From assembly GCA_010909165.1 (NCBI GenBank), contig MU008163.1, positions 434,001 through 498,000 on the forward strand: 64,000 nt of DNA. Reading direction: 5' to 3'. The position numbers and the translations under genes are program-made. The notes under the pieces were generated by a model. That model worked only from the letters and a program-made list of their open reading frames with translations. It was not told where the DNA came from and did not search any database. This document shows, piece by piece, positions 53,161 to 64,000 of this stretch (position 1 is its first letter; each line of letters begins with the position of its first letter). The DNA is from Anthoceros angustus (taxonomy: Eukaryota > Plantae > Anthocerotophyta).

Positions 53161-54866
53161 ATGGCTGACACCCTGCGGGCGGAAAATTGTTTTACTTTTG
53201 CGGGACACTACTTTTGCTTTTGCGCGGAGAGCACCTTGTAGCCTTGTATGCCATGGGGAGACAGTGAGAGTTCTTTCGCGCGACACTACCCTTGTACAAA
53301 TCCTGTCCGAGGCCGATACTGTTGGCGGCGCGTTCAGAATTGTCCGTGCCCAGCCGGCTGCCTTCCCTAATCAATCCTCCATATGCCTCCTTCCACAGCC
53401 ATCGGCCCGCCTTGTGTTGATGTGAATCTCGCTCGCTTGCAAGCGGCTTCTCCTTGAGCTCGCTCTGTCGTGAAGCCATGCCTTGCCTTGCTGTGCAGAA
53501 ACGTTCCCTGTGTGGACCTGGCTGGTAGTTCCTCGGTCTTCCTCTGCCTTGGATGTCGGTTTTGTAAGCGATCCTGCTGAGCCTTGCAAGCACTTGCCGC
53601 AGCGGCACCGGTTTGTATCCAGCACAGCACTGCTGGGCATGCCGAGGATGTCCCCGCCTGCTTGAGGCTGCTGGCTGTTAGCTTGAAATCCGCTTGCATC
53701 AATTTCCGCGCCTCCATCCCAGGCCCCGTAGGCCTGTCTGCAGCCTTCACGTCCAGATGCTTCCTTCCTCCGAGGTGAGCTCCGTTCCATGCTCTGCCCT
53801 GCCTGTTTCTTCCTTGCTCTTGTATCGTGCTCAGAAGAGTGGTGTTTGTGCCTGCGTAGCCAGCAGCTTGAACTCGCATCCTTACCAGATTTGATGCAGC
53901 GGCGGCGGTTATGTTATGTCACTCGCTGGCTGCTTTTGCACTCGTGCTTTATTTATTGCTTTGCTGCGGCGGCTCGAACACCAGTCCACTGTTACAAACT
54001 ACATCCGTGTAGGACATGGGGCTACCCGGCCCTCGGCCTCGAGCCGCCGCAGCAAAGCAATAAATAAAGCACGAGTGCAAAAGCAGCCCAGCGAGCATGA
54101 TAACATAACCGCCGCCGCTGCATCAAATCTGGTAAGGATGCGAGTTCAAGCTGCTGGCTACGCAGGCACAAACACCCCACTCTTCTGAGCACACGATACA
54201 AGAGCAAGGAAGAAACAGGCAGGGCAGAGCATGGAACGGAGCTCACCTCGGAGGAAGGAAGCATCTGGACGTGAAGGCTGCAGACAGGCCTACGGGCCTG
54301 GGATGGAGGCGCGGAATTGATGCAAGCGGGATTTCAAGCTAACAGCCACAGCAGCCGCCTCAAGCAGGCGGGGACATCCTCGGCATGCCCAGCAGTGCTG
54401 TGCTGGATACAAACCGGTGCCGCTGCGGCAAGTGCTTGCAAGGCTCAGCAGGATCGCTTACAAAACCGACATCCAAGGCAGAGGAAGACCGAGGAACTAC
54501 CAGCCAGGTCCACACAGGGAACGTTTCTGCACAGCAAGGCAAGGCATGGCTTCACGACAGAGCGAGCTCAGGAGAAGCCGCTTGCAAGCGAGCGAGATTC
54601 ACATCAACACAAGGCGGGCTGATGGCTGTGGAAGGAGGCATATGGAGGATTGATTAGGGAAGGCAGCCGGCTAGGGCACGGACAATTCTGAACGCGCCGC
54701 CAACAGTATCGGCCTCGGACAGGATTTGTACAAGGGTAGTGTCGCGCGAAAGAACTCTCACTGTCTCCCCATGGCATACAAGGCTACAAGGTGCTCTCCG
54801 CGCAAAAGCAAAAGTAGTGTCCCGCGCAAAAGTAAAACAATTTTCCGCCCGCAGGGTGTCGGCCAT

Positions 54867-55059
54867 TGTTAGAGTATGAAGATATACCTTGATATAGATA
54901 ATATTCTTATATTATTGCAAGGACTATGTATATTGTAAAGCTATCTATAAATTATTAATTTATATACTATAATATTGAGGTTATTCACCTAGCGTTGGCC
55001 TTCTATCTAGGGACCATCCGTCTCGGAGTAACGAGTAACGTATGCTTGAATCTCTAACA
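54867..55059 (+). mobile_element. Solo LTR copy
   Basis: TGTTAGAG...CTCTAACA|CCATT. Confidence 0.85.
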
Positions 55060-55359
55060 CCATTCACAAGTTATTGAAGCCCGATTGGAGCGATTAGAAT
55101 TTGGGACCCACTTGTACAGTGTATCTCAATGGCTATGTTAACCACCTTCTAACAAAGATAAAGATTTTTTATTATTTATTAAGAATTCTATTCTATTCTA
55201 CTAAATATATTATAGGTAAGACCAACAAAGAAATCACATTCATTTATCTTAATTCGTATTATTAAAAAGAGTATGGATAATAAGGTATCATATATATAGA
55301 GTCTGATTTATTTATTTAAACGATTAACAATCTCTTCTTTATTTTTGATCCCTTCAATT

Positions 55360-57330
55360 GCAAAGTTGTGAACACGGTTGCGGGTAGTTGCAATGGCTAT
55401 GGCTGGTGCAAAAGGAGCAGGGGGAAGGGGCAAATAATGTCCCATACGACCTCCTACCCTTGCGATGAGTGTTGTAGGGACATTACAAAGGTAACAGCGG
55501 AAGGAGGTTTGCCTCCTACTAACGGAGTGGTAGGAGGAAAACCTCCTATAGACGAGGCGGTAGGAGGGAAATCTCCTACGAATGAAGTGGTAGGAGGTGT
55601 ACCTGCTACTAGAGAGGAAGGGGAGGTTGCATCTCCTCTCGAGGCGACAGACCTACCCAAGGAGAGGACTGAGGTAGGAGGTGAGACTAGAGGAAGTTCC
55701 AAAGAGGACCGATCTGAGTCAGGAGGAGCAAAGCGGCCCATTGAAGACAAGGAAGAAGACGACAATGCGGGAGTCCGAAGAAGCAAGCGAAGACGGACAA
55801 TCTCTTGACTGGTAGGATGACTCGTAGGACGACTGGTAGGAACATTCTTTCTGGGTACTCACACTAAGGTGGGGCCCGTATTTAAGTGGGTAACCCTATT
55901 TTGAAGGAGGGAGCGACCGAGATGACCGGGAAGATGTGGCAGTAGTGAGTTGGACCTTACCCTGTGGGGTCAAGAGACCAGACTGCCAGTCGCGAATTCC
56001 TTCACGGAATCCGCAGGGTCATCTTGCATTTAAGACACATGCATTTCGATGAGTTCGCTCTACCTATAAAAGGGGAGCAATGTAAACAGTTCAATATCGA
56101 TCCTTGCAGTTCTCCTCCATAGTGGTGCACACCCTTGTCGTGGTTGTGTACATGTCCGACCGCCGTCCGCCAACGGCGCAATGGTGGTGGAGGACGAGGT
56201 TGATCGGAGGTGCTGAGCTGGGAGGGAGGCACACACTCGTCCCTTGGCCTGGCCTTTTTCTTGTGGAAGGTTGCATCTTGCGGTTGCTGTGTGCTTTTGC
56301 TTGGTGACTTCTTGTAGGGCACTAACATTAGAGGTTCATTGGAATATGACCTTGGGAAGCTTTCGAACCCAAGGGCACTCACGCTAGAGGCAAACACAGG
56401 ACTGCCGGCCCAAGTGGAACGTCCATCGAGTCGCTCTAGGCATATTTGTGAAGCGTCAGTAACAAGGTCGTGAGAGATGAACCCGTAATCATGTGAGAAA
56501 AGAAGACCCTCGAACAAGATCGTTCAGGCAAGTCCCTTGGGATCGAACCTACATATTCAACGACCGTGGGATAAGTGTGGCCACCAAGGCTAGCTCTGAG
56601 TGACCTGAGTGTACCTACCACAATGGGCATGTACTAATATGTACCATTGGGGCAGTGCTCACTTGCTTGTGGACGTAGAGGTGGCACCTGCTCATAATAA
56701 GAACACTTAAGAAAATGCCAAAGAGCGTGACGTACTAGTATTAGGGCACCCCCGCTCCCGACTTTTTCCCTCTCCAGGCCAGACTGTGTGTAAGGCCTGG
56801 GATTAATGGAGTACGTGCTACTGAGTGGCATGCCTCCAGAGGTGTTGGGCGCTATGGAATGGACGCATTCATCAAGTCCCCACAAAATAACCTCCACCAA
56901 ATTTAAAATACCCCTCCCCTCCTTCCTCCCACCCCCACTATGGTATCGGAGTGAATAGCAAGGATGAAAGCTTGCTGCTGCTAAAAGATTCCCCACAAAG
57001 TGTGGCAATTCCGAAGCCTGTGGCTCGGCCCGCGAGTGGCCAAGATGTGGAACCACCAACGATTGCGCAACCAATTTGGATTTAGAAACACACTCTTGAT
57101 CTACCATGTGGAGACTATGTTTGTGCTAATGCATAAGGCTGCAGACGTGCACTCGCCAATATAAATATGGTCTCCGGACATGGGCCATGGGTCCTGCGGT
57201 GGTGAGTCCTCCGAGCTCGCTAATGTGGAGCGTGGACCTCCGTCACGGTCCCCAACCTCCGTCCTCCCGCTCGTTGGTCTTGAACCACCCATATCTCGAC
57301 TACATACACGCATCTGTGCAATTACAAATA
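55360..57330 (+). other. Unidentified, probably TE-derived degenerate coding region with 30-bp (10-aa GGxPPTNEVV) repeats at ~55497-55610
   Basis: ORF 55368-55808 reads GGLPPTNGVV GGKPPIDEAV GGKSPTNEVV GG. Mirrored at ~50800-52680. Family not recognised. Confidence 0.4.
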
Positions 57331-57439
57331 TTTTGGCTAATACAAATGATGGAAATCACGGATACCCAGTTATTTAGAAGAACATTTAGCTGATGATTTT
57401 ATTAATCTGTATTTACGATTTCTTGACCTCACTTAAAAT

Positions 57440-58495
57440 GACTAGGGCTCTTCATGTGCATGCTCTTTTGACGGTTGACGGTGAACCGGCTACCTATCAA
57501 GAGGCACTCAGTGGGCCCAATGGTGCAGCATGGAAAGCCGCAATAGAAAGTGAGTATAATTCTTTGCTTTTAAAATCATACTTGGGATTTAGTCTCACTT
57601 CCTCCTAGTTGTAAACTCATCCTAGGCAAGTGGGTATTTAAAAAGAATTTTAAATGTTGATGGTTCTGTTGAACGTTATAAAGCTCGACTTGTTGTTAAA
57701 GGTTATAGCGTCACGTAGATTATCAAGAGACTTTTGCCCGTAGTCAAGACCCAATCCTTGAGGGTTCTCTTAGCCTTAGCCTTAGAGTTGAATTTAGACA
57801 TCCATCAAATGGATGTTTGCACCGCCTTTATGGGGAACTTAAGGAGGAAATATGTATGCACATGAGGGCTATGAAGATGCCAATCGAGCTTGTTTGTAAG
57901 TTGCTCACGATAAAATAGCTTACTATTAGGGCACTCTTCACTAGGGCACCTAGGACTTAATGATTAATTTAGTCCTTAGGGCACTAAGTAGTTTCTTCTA
58001 GTAGTTATTTAATTGGTTAGTTGTTACAACCACTTAACGGTTACAACAACCTTGCCTACATAAAGGCATGTACTTTCTATTATGAACTATCTTCAAACAG
58101 AGGTGGAGTATGGAGCAATGACACAGGCTGCCAAGGAAATTTTGTGGATTCGAAGTTTCCTCAAAGGTTTGAAACAGCTGCAGCCACGACCCATGCAACT
58201 GTGGTATGATAACCAATCTGCTATTGCCTTGTCAAAGAATCTTGTATTTCATGCCCGTTCCAAATATATCGAAATCTCTCATCACTTTTATAAGGCAAGT
58301 TGTGGAGAACAATGAGGTAAGTGTCTCTTATGTGCCCACTAGTGAAAACACTACTGATTTTCTCACAAAAGCTTTACCTAGGCTAGTTCATGAGAAGCAT
58401 ACACTAGCAGCAGGAGTGCTAGAAATTCCAGCGGCAGAGTTAAAAGGCATACCCCACTAGTCTCTATCCGTTTACTAACTAAGTGGGAGCTTTTT
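57440..58495 (+). mobile_element. Ty1/copia RT-RNase H remnant, copy 3, with a PPT-like AAGTGGGAG at ~58481
   Basis: EPATYQEALSGPNGAAWKAAIESEYNSL, YDNQSAIALSKNLVFHARSKYIEI and DFLTKAL. The central RT is deleted. Confidence 0.92.
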
Positions 58496-58523
58496 TGTTC
58501 AGACACAGAGCCTTCAACCTCTC

Positions 58524-59300
58524 TACAGATACAGATACAGATAGAGATACGGATACGGATACGGATACGGATACAGATATAGATACAGATACAAATACAA
58601 ATACAGATACAGATACGAGATACGATACGATACGATACGGTCTGAGATCTGATACGAGATACTGAGATAGATACAGATACAGATACGATACAGACATGAT
58701 ACGATACATAGATACGAATACGAATACGGTCTGAATACGAGATACGGTCTGAGATCTGAGATACGAGATACGGTCTGAGATCTGAGATACGATACATAGA
58801 TACAGATACGAATCTGATACGAATCTGATACGATACGGTCTGATACAGATACGAATCTGATACGAGATACGGATACAGATACGTATACAGATACGGTCAC
58901 AGATACAGATACGAGATACGAGATACGGTCTGATCTGATACAGATCTGAGATACAGATACGAGATACGATACGGTCTGAGATACATGAGATACGAATCTG
59001 ATACGAGATACGGTCTGAGATCTGATACGATACGGTCTGAGATACGATACAGATACGATACGGTCTGATACGAGATACGAATACAGATATGATACGATAC
59101 GATACGGTCTGATACGATACAGATATGTATAGATACGGTCTGAGATCTGAGATACGATATGATACGAGATACGAATCTGAGATACGGTCTGATACAGATA
59201 CAGATACAGATACGAATCTGATACAAATACGATACGATACGAGATACGAGATACAGACATGATATGAGATACGAATACGATACGATACTGAGATACATAC
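58524..59300. repeat. GATAC-type satellite, copy 3 (reverse complement)
   Basis: Seen directly; rich in GATACGGTCTGA words. Confidence 0.95.
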
Positions 59301-59301
59301 C

Positions 59302-59475
59302 TGACGATCGATTTTGACTCTAATAACTACATACGAGGGAAGCCAGCATGCCCGTGTGAACTGGGACGATCGATTTTGACTCCAATGACCATACGCCCAG
59401 GTGAACTGGGGCGATCGATTTCGACTCTAATGACCATACGCCCAGGTGAATTGGGGCGATCGATTTAGACTCTAT
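59302..59475. repeat. 45-bp tandem repeat containing CGATCGATTT.GACTC
   Basis: Units at 59356, 59401 and 59446, plus a partial unit at 59302. Degenerate inverted copies at ~27900-28045 and ~48783-48951. Confidence 0.9.
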
Positions 59476-61549
59476 TAAAATAGTTACCCAGCCGGGCTTG
59501 AATGAATGAAAGATTGTGGAAGAATGGTTCCCCATCCCAGCATTGATCCGCCATACGGGGTGCTTCACGTTGTGATATCATCTAGTGTATGTGCACCCCA
59601 ATTTTTGGGCACCCCAATCAATGAAGACATCCTCAAGTGAATCTCTTTTCTCATTCCTCGTGTGCTCACCGACTCGCGCTTAGATCCTTTTCTTAGCAGC
59701 GATGCCCTTGGTGAGATGAATCCTGCCTTTAAGTTCTTTAGTCCACAAGCTCAACACCAGTCCACAACCTGAACCGTGAACGAGTTTTTTACAATCTATA
59801 CCCGTGTATGCATTGGGGCCCCCAGACCCTCGGCCTCAGCACAGCAACAGATCAGGAGTGGAAGCAGCACAGTAGGCATGACATAATATAACGGCTGCCG
59901 CTGCATCAAACCCGATACGTACGGATGCACAAATACGCATTGCAGCGCTAGGCTAACACACGCGGAACACACCACTCTCTGCGGAGCACACAGAGACAAG
60001 AGCAAGGCAGAAACAGGCAGGAACAGAGCATCGAACGGAGTTCACCTCAGAGGAAGGAAGCATCTCGACGTGAAGGCTGCAGAAAGGCTGGCTACGGGCT
60101 TGCTGTGGAGGCGCGGCCATTCATACAAGCGGGATCTCGAGCCGACATCCACAGCAACCGCCTTGAGAAGGCGGCGTCAACCTCCGCAGCCCAGCAGTGC
60201 TGGCTGCAAACCGGAACTGCTGCAGCAAGAGGCGCAACCGTAGGCCTGCTCACAAGTCCGTCGTCCAAGGCAGAGCGGGGAAGAACAGCGAGCTCCACAG
60301 AGGAGAATGGTTTTGCACAGCAATCCAAAGGCAGCTTCAGGAATAGCGAGAGCTCAAGGAGAGGGTTTTCGCATTCTGCTTGCAAGCTAGCGGGGCTGCA
60401 GATTAATGTAAGGCGGGCCGAAGTATGGAAGACAAGATGGGGAGGTGCCCGCGGTAGGGCACGGACGATTCTGAGCGTGTGACAAACGTGTACTCTGAGA
60501 GCCCACTACAGTCCATCACAGAAGGGTTCCAACAAAAATGTGACGCCCGTCCAGAATGTAGAGCACTCTGTTGGGTGCTCTGAAACTTCTGCACAATAAA
60601 TCAAATTTGTGATGGGACCCTCCTCTCATGCACTCTTGCGGGTTCTACAAGGTCTGATTGCTAAATAGCATTCGCTAACCACAAGCAAGGGTGACCCATT
60701 TTTTCTCCACGATGGCCGGACATCAGCCTGTTGTCATCTCGCGAAAACAAAAGAACATCTGGCCTCTGTGACTATGACGGCCTCTGTGACGATGACGGCG
60801 AAGACGTCATTTGTGTGGTGACAGCAAGCAATAAGATAGTTATCGCATATGCCTTAAAAAACACACCTGAGGAGAAGTTGGAGAACCCAGCGAGGATGCG
60901 TGAGCTGACAGAGCCGATCTGGCAGCGATGTGTCCAACCCCTGAAACAGCCTTCCACAGTGAAACAGGGTTAGCAGTCCTGCAAGTGTGATAGACTATGT
61001 GCTTGAAGTGGACATGCTTGGGTACTGCAGCAGACTGGTTCCCAAGAAGAAAAAAGGATCCTGAGCACCCCATCAGCAGTTACTTGTCCGGGTCCATACA
61101 TGCATGCAAGTTCAAGGCAAGGTTTGCAGCTAAAGCTGTTCCCAAGCTTGCGCAAACCACAATTCCTTCGGTATATGTATACAGCTGATCATCAGGAAGG
61201 TGAAGACGGCTTATTGATGATCAATCCAACCATGAAATACCTGGTTGGATTGACCAGCGAGCAGCCTTCCTGAAGTTTACTAGATCTACGGCAGAGCAGG
61301 CCTGGCCAAGCAGTTAACTAGATCTACAGCAAAGCAGGCCTGGCTAGTAAACAGTCCGAGAGCAAAAATCGGCTTCTGCTTCCTATACCTTAAGAGGACT
61401 AACCTAGCCAGCTCACATAAAATAAAATGTGCTCTGCCCCAAAACTCCCTCCGCACCTCACAATGCTCACCCCGGGATACTATGAACTCATGTAAAATGG
61501 AGCATATTCTATTTTCACATCAGTTCGCAGTATGTCGGTGCTTATAGTT

Positions 61550-62560
61550 GTTGCAGTGGTAGGACGAGGAGCGGAAGCTGCGATCTGAGCCTGCATCAAG
61601 TTCTGGTCCGGCAGGGGTTACGTAGCCTCCGGGTCAGGTTTCCTCAACCCGGGTCTTGAGGGCCTGCAGCATGGTGTCAGGCTTATGCTACATGAGTCGA
61701 ACCACATCAATGACTGTCTGGCCTCGACAGACTCCTCAATGTCATAAGCCACCGCTCCTTCTTCTGTGTAAACCGCACAATATTGTTAACCTGGCGGAGA
61801 ACCTTCAAGCTCAAGCTGGCGAGCACGTCGGATTGTTGGGAGAAAGAGGACCATATCGAGCCCACGAGTTCTTCTGCCGATCCGAGCGAGTCTGCCACTG
61901 CTATAAGAGTCTTATCCATGCTCTCAGTATCACCGCATTTTTATTACCACTAGCAGCTCCAGCTCCTGCAGTATCACCGCCGCATTTTCGAGCACCACCA
62001 GCAGCCCCAGCTCCTGCAGTATCGATATCACAGCAGCATTTTGGAATACTACCAGCAGCTCCAGAGCTCCAGCTCTGCCGCCGCAGCGTCTGTGGACCCA
62101 GGAGCGTCCTGTGGCTGAAGATGCGGAGCTGCAGCGTCTTTGTCCGGCCGGGAGCGTAGTATGGCTGAAGATGCGGAGTTCGAGCGGGACCTGAACCTGG
62201 GGCGATGGACTGACGAGGAACGCATGATGGGCGAGAAGGATGCTGAGTCGAATCGACGAGGACGGCAGCTACGGATCTTGATCCGTAGCGGGCGCCGCCT
62301 CAGCCAGGCAGGGTGGGCTGGAGCTTCCACCCGGGTGCGTACTGGAGCACTCCATCCCTGGACTTCGTTGCAACACCTCCACTTTGCGCCGCATGTTGCT
62401 GCAAGACTGTCAGCCGCTCCAGCCATGCCCCACAGGCTGGTAGTCGCATTTGTGCAAGACATCTTCCGCCCAATCCGCGGGCTGCAATATTTGTGGGGCC
62501 ATGGAAGCTTTCATCTTCCTCCTCCCAGAGCCCGCACAATCTGTCTTCTGCACACATGCA
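61550..62560 (-). pseudogene. ADC: Arginine decarboxylase remnant, copy i (N- and C-termini kept, core replaced)
   Basis: EVQGWSAP (cf. KIDGWGAPYF) and QTVIDVVRLM*HKPDTMLQALKTRVEE (cf. [28 protein letters not shown]). Confidence 0.8.
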
Positions 62561-63588
62561 CGGGAAACATCTTTTAGCTAAAAGACTGCCGGGCGCACCA
62601 TAACGCAACAAGCTGTCAACCTTGCAATCAAGTGCTGCACAAAACCCTGCAAACAACAGTCTTGTGTTCTTCTCCATGTGATCAAATCAAGACATGAGCA
62701 AGATGACACCATATTCAAGTCTGTGAGCAAGAAGAAGGAAGAAAGCTACATATTACTCTGACACCTGTGACCTGTGTATAAAACACGTCTGCAAGTCCAC
62801 AAAACTCAACACCAATCCACAACGTGACTCGTGAACGATTGTTACAAACTATGTGCATCCGTGTACGACATAGAGCTACCAGGCCCATGGCCGCATGCGC
62901 AGCACAGCAACAAATAAATCACGAGTGCGAATAGCAGCCCAGCAGGCATGGCATAACAGCACAGCCGCCGCCGCATCAAATCCTCTACGGATGCGAGTTC
63001 ACGCATTGCAGCGCTACGCTACACAGGCACAGCACAAACACACCACTCCTGCGGAGCTACAAAAAAAGAGCACGGCAGAAACAGGCGGGGCACAACATGG
63101 AACGGACCTCACCTCAGAGGAAGGAAGCATCTGGACGTGGAGGCTGCAGATAGCCCTACGGGCCTGCGGTGGAGGCGCGGTCATTGATGCAAGCGGGATG
63201 TCGAGCTAACAGCCACAGCAGCCGCCTCAAGCAGCAGGCGGGGACATCCTCGGCATGCCCAGCAGTGCTGGATGCAAACCGGAACCGCTGCGGCAAGCGC
63301 TTGCAAGGTTCCGTAGGCTCGCTTACAAGACCAACGTCCAAGGTAGACCAGGAATCAACAGCCAGGTCCACAGAGGGAACTCTTTTTGCACAGCAAGGCA
63401 AGGGATAGCTTCACCACAGCGCTAGCTAAGCCGCTTGCAAGCTAGCGAGGACACCGCGGTTGCAGATTAACACAAGGCGAGGTGTTGGCTGGTGGAAGGA
63501 GGCTTCAAGGAGGAGTATGGAAATAGATTTGGCGAGGCAATCGACTAGGGCACGGACTACTCTGACTCAACACGTCACTAATCCTCTC

Positions 63589-63696
63589 ACGATAGTAGTG
63601 TCGCACGGAGGAACTCTCACCCATTCCCACTCGGTCTCCGACACGATAGTAGTCTCGCGCGGAAGAACTCTCACCCACTCCCACTCGGTCTCCTGA
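63589..63696. repeat. 54-bp tandem repeat x2
   Basis: ACGATAGTAGT.TCGC.CGGA.GAACTCTCACCCA.TCCCACTCGGTCTCC at 63589 and 63643. Confidence 0.9.
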
Positions 63697-63760
63697 CAGG
63701 AAACAAGGTATGTACTCTCCCCCCAAAGCAAAACGTGGTCTCCCGCCCAAGAACTCCCAC

Positions 63761-63873
63761 CGACCCCACTTGGCATTCACAACAGTTATGTCAGCGGCAG
63801 CCAGCTGGAACTTTCTTAGCGACCCCACTTGGCATTCACAACTGTTCTCCGCGGGAGGAGCCAGCTGGAACTT
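63761..63873. repeat. 59-bp imperfect tandem repeat x2
   Basis: CGACCCCACTTGGCATTCACAAC...AGCCAGCTGGAACTT at 63761 and 63820. Confidence 0.85.
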
Positions 63874-64000
63874 CAATAGCGAGTTTGAGAATAGAACGAG
63901 ATATATCTTGAGAGTAGCTCCGTAGGACATTTTATAGCGGGCGGTCACGTAGGCCTGTGATCCGACTCAAGGGTGTTTGATCGTGAAGTTCTAATGAACT

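Larger units (their letters stand above)
48592..59668. repeat. ~11-kb near-palindrome: arms 48592-53977 and 54039-59668, 61-bp spacer
   Basis: Satellite, copia remnant, unknown TE-like region, solo LTR and upstream module are all mirrored. Confidence 0.92.

Noticed and set aside
58524-58600. Telomere-like repeat
   Set aside because: GGATAC/AGATAC is not the plant TTTAGGG repeat, and the tract is interstitial.
59545-59586. Possible Helitron 3' end (ATCTAG|T)
   Set aside because: The subterminal hairpin is weak, and I found no matching A|TC 5' end or Rep/helicase motifs.

Overview
This is eukaryotic nuclear DNA from a plant, probably a non-seed land plant such as Selaginella (inferred from PLS-type PPR remnants and the Ty3/gypsy RT type). 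I find no intact protein-coding gene. The window is a mosaic of roughly ten modules, copied repeatedly in both orientations. The core unit is a degenerate arginine decarboxylase (ADC) locus: upstream module, ADC coding remnant, 3' region with a conserved hairpin, and an unknown ORF module. About nine ADC-derived segments of at least three to four sequence types are present. They are mixed with PPR pseudogenes, a LINE (interrupted by a solo LTR), Ty1/copia and Ty3/gypsy remnants, a ~194-bp solo LTR and a hypervariable GTATC-type satellite. Most notable: (1) a Ty3/gypsy remnant with a DRM/DNMT3-like cytosine methyltransferase segment directly upstream of its RT; (2) module junctions that repeatedly fall on 7-14 bp microhomologies, plus three fold-back inversions including an ~11 kb near-palindrome; (3) a covarying 14-18 bp hairpin downstream of ADC that is also an inversion breakpoint. 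Caveat: near-identical copies differ mainly by 1-3 nt indels, so some frameshifts, and possibly some rearrangements, may be long-read or assembly artefacts. Boundaries were read by eye and are approximate.
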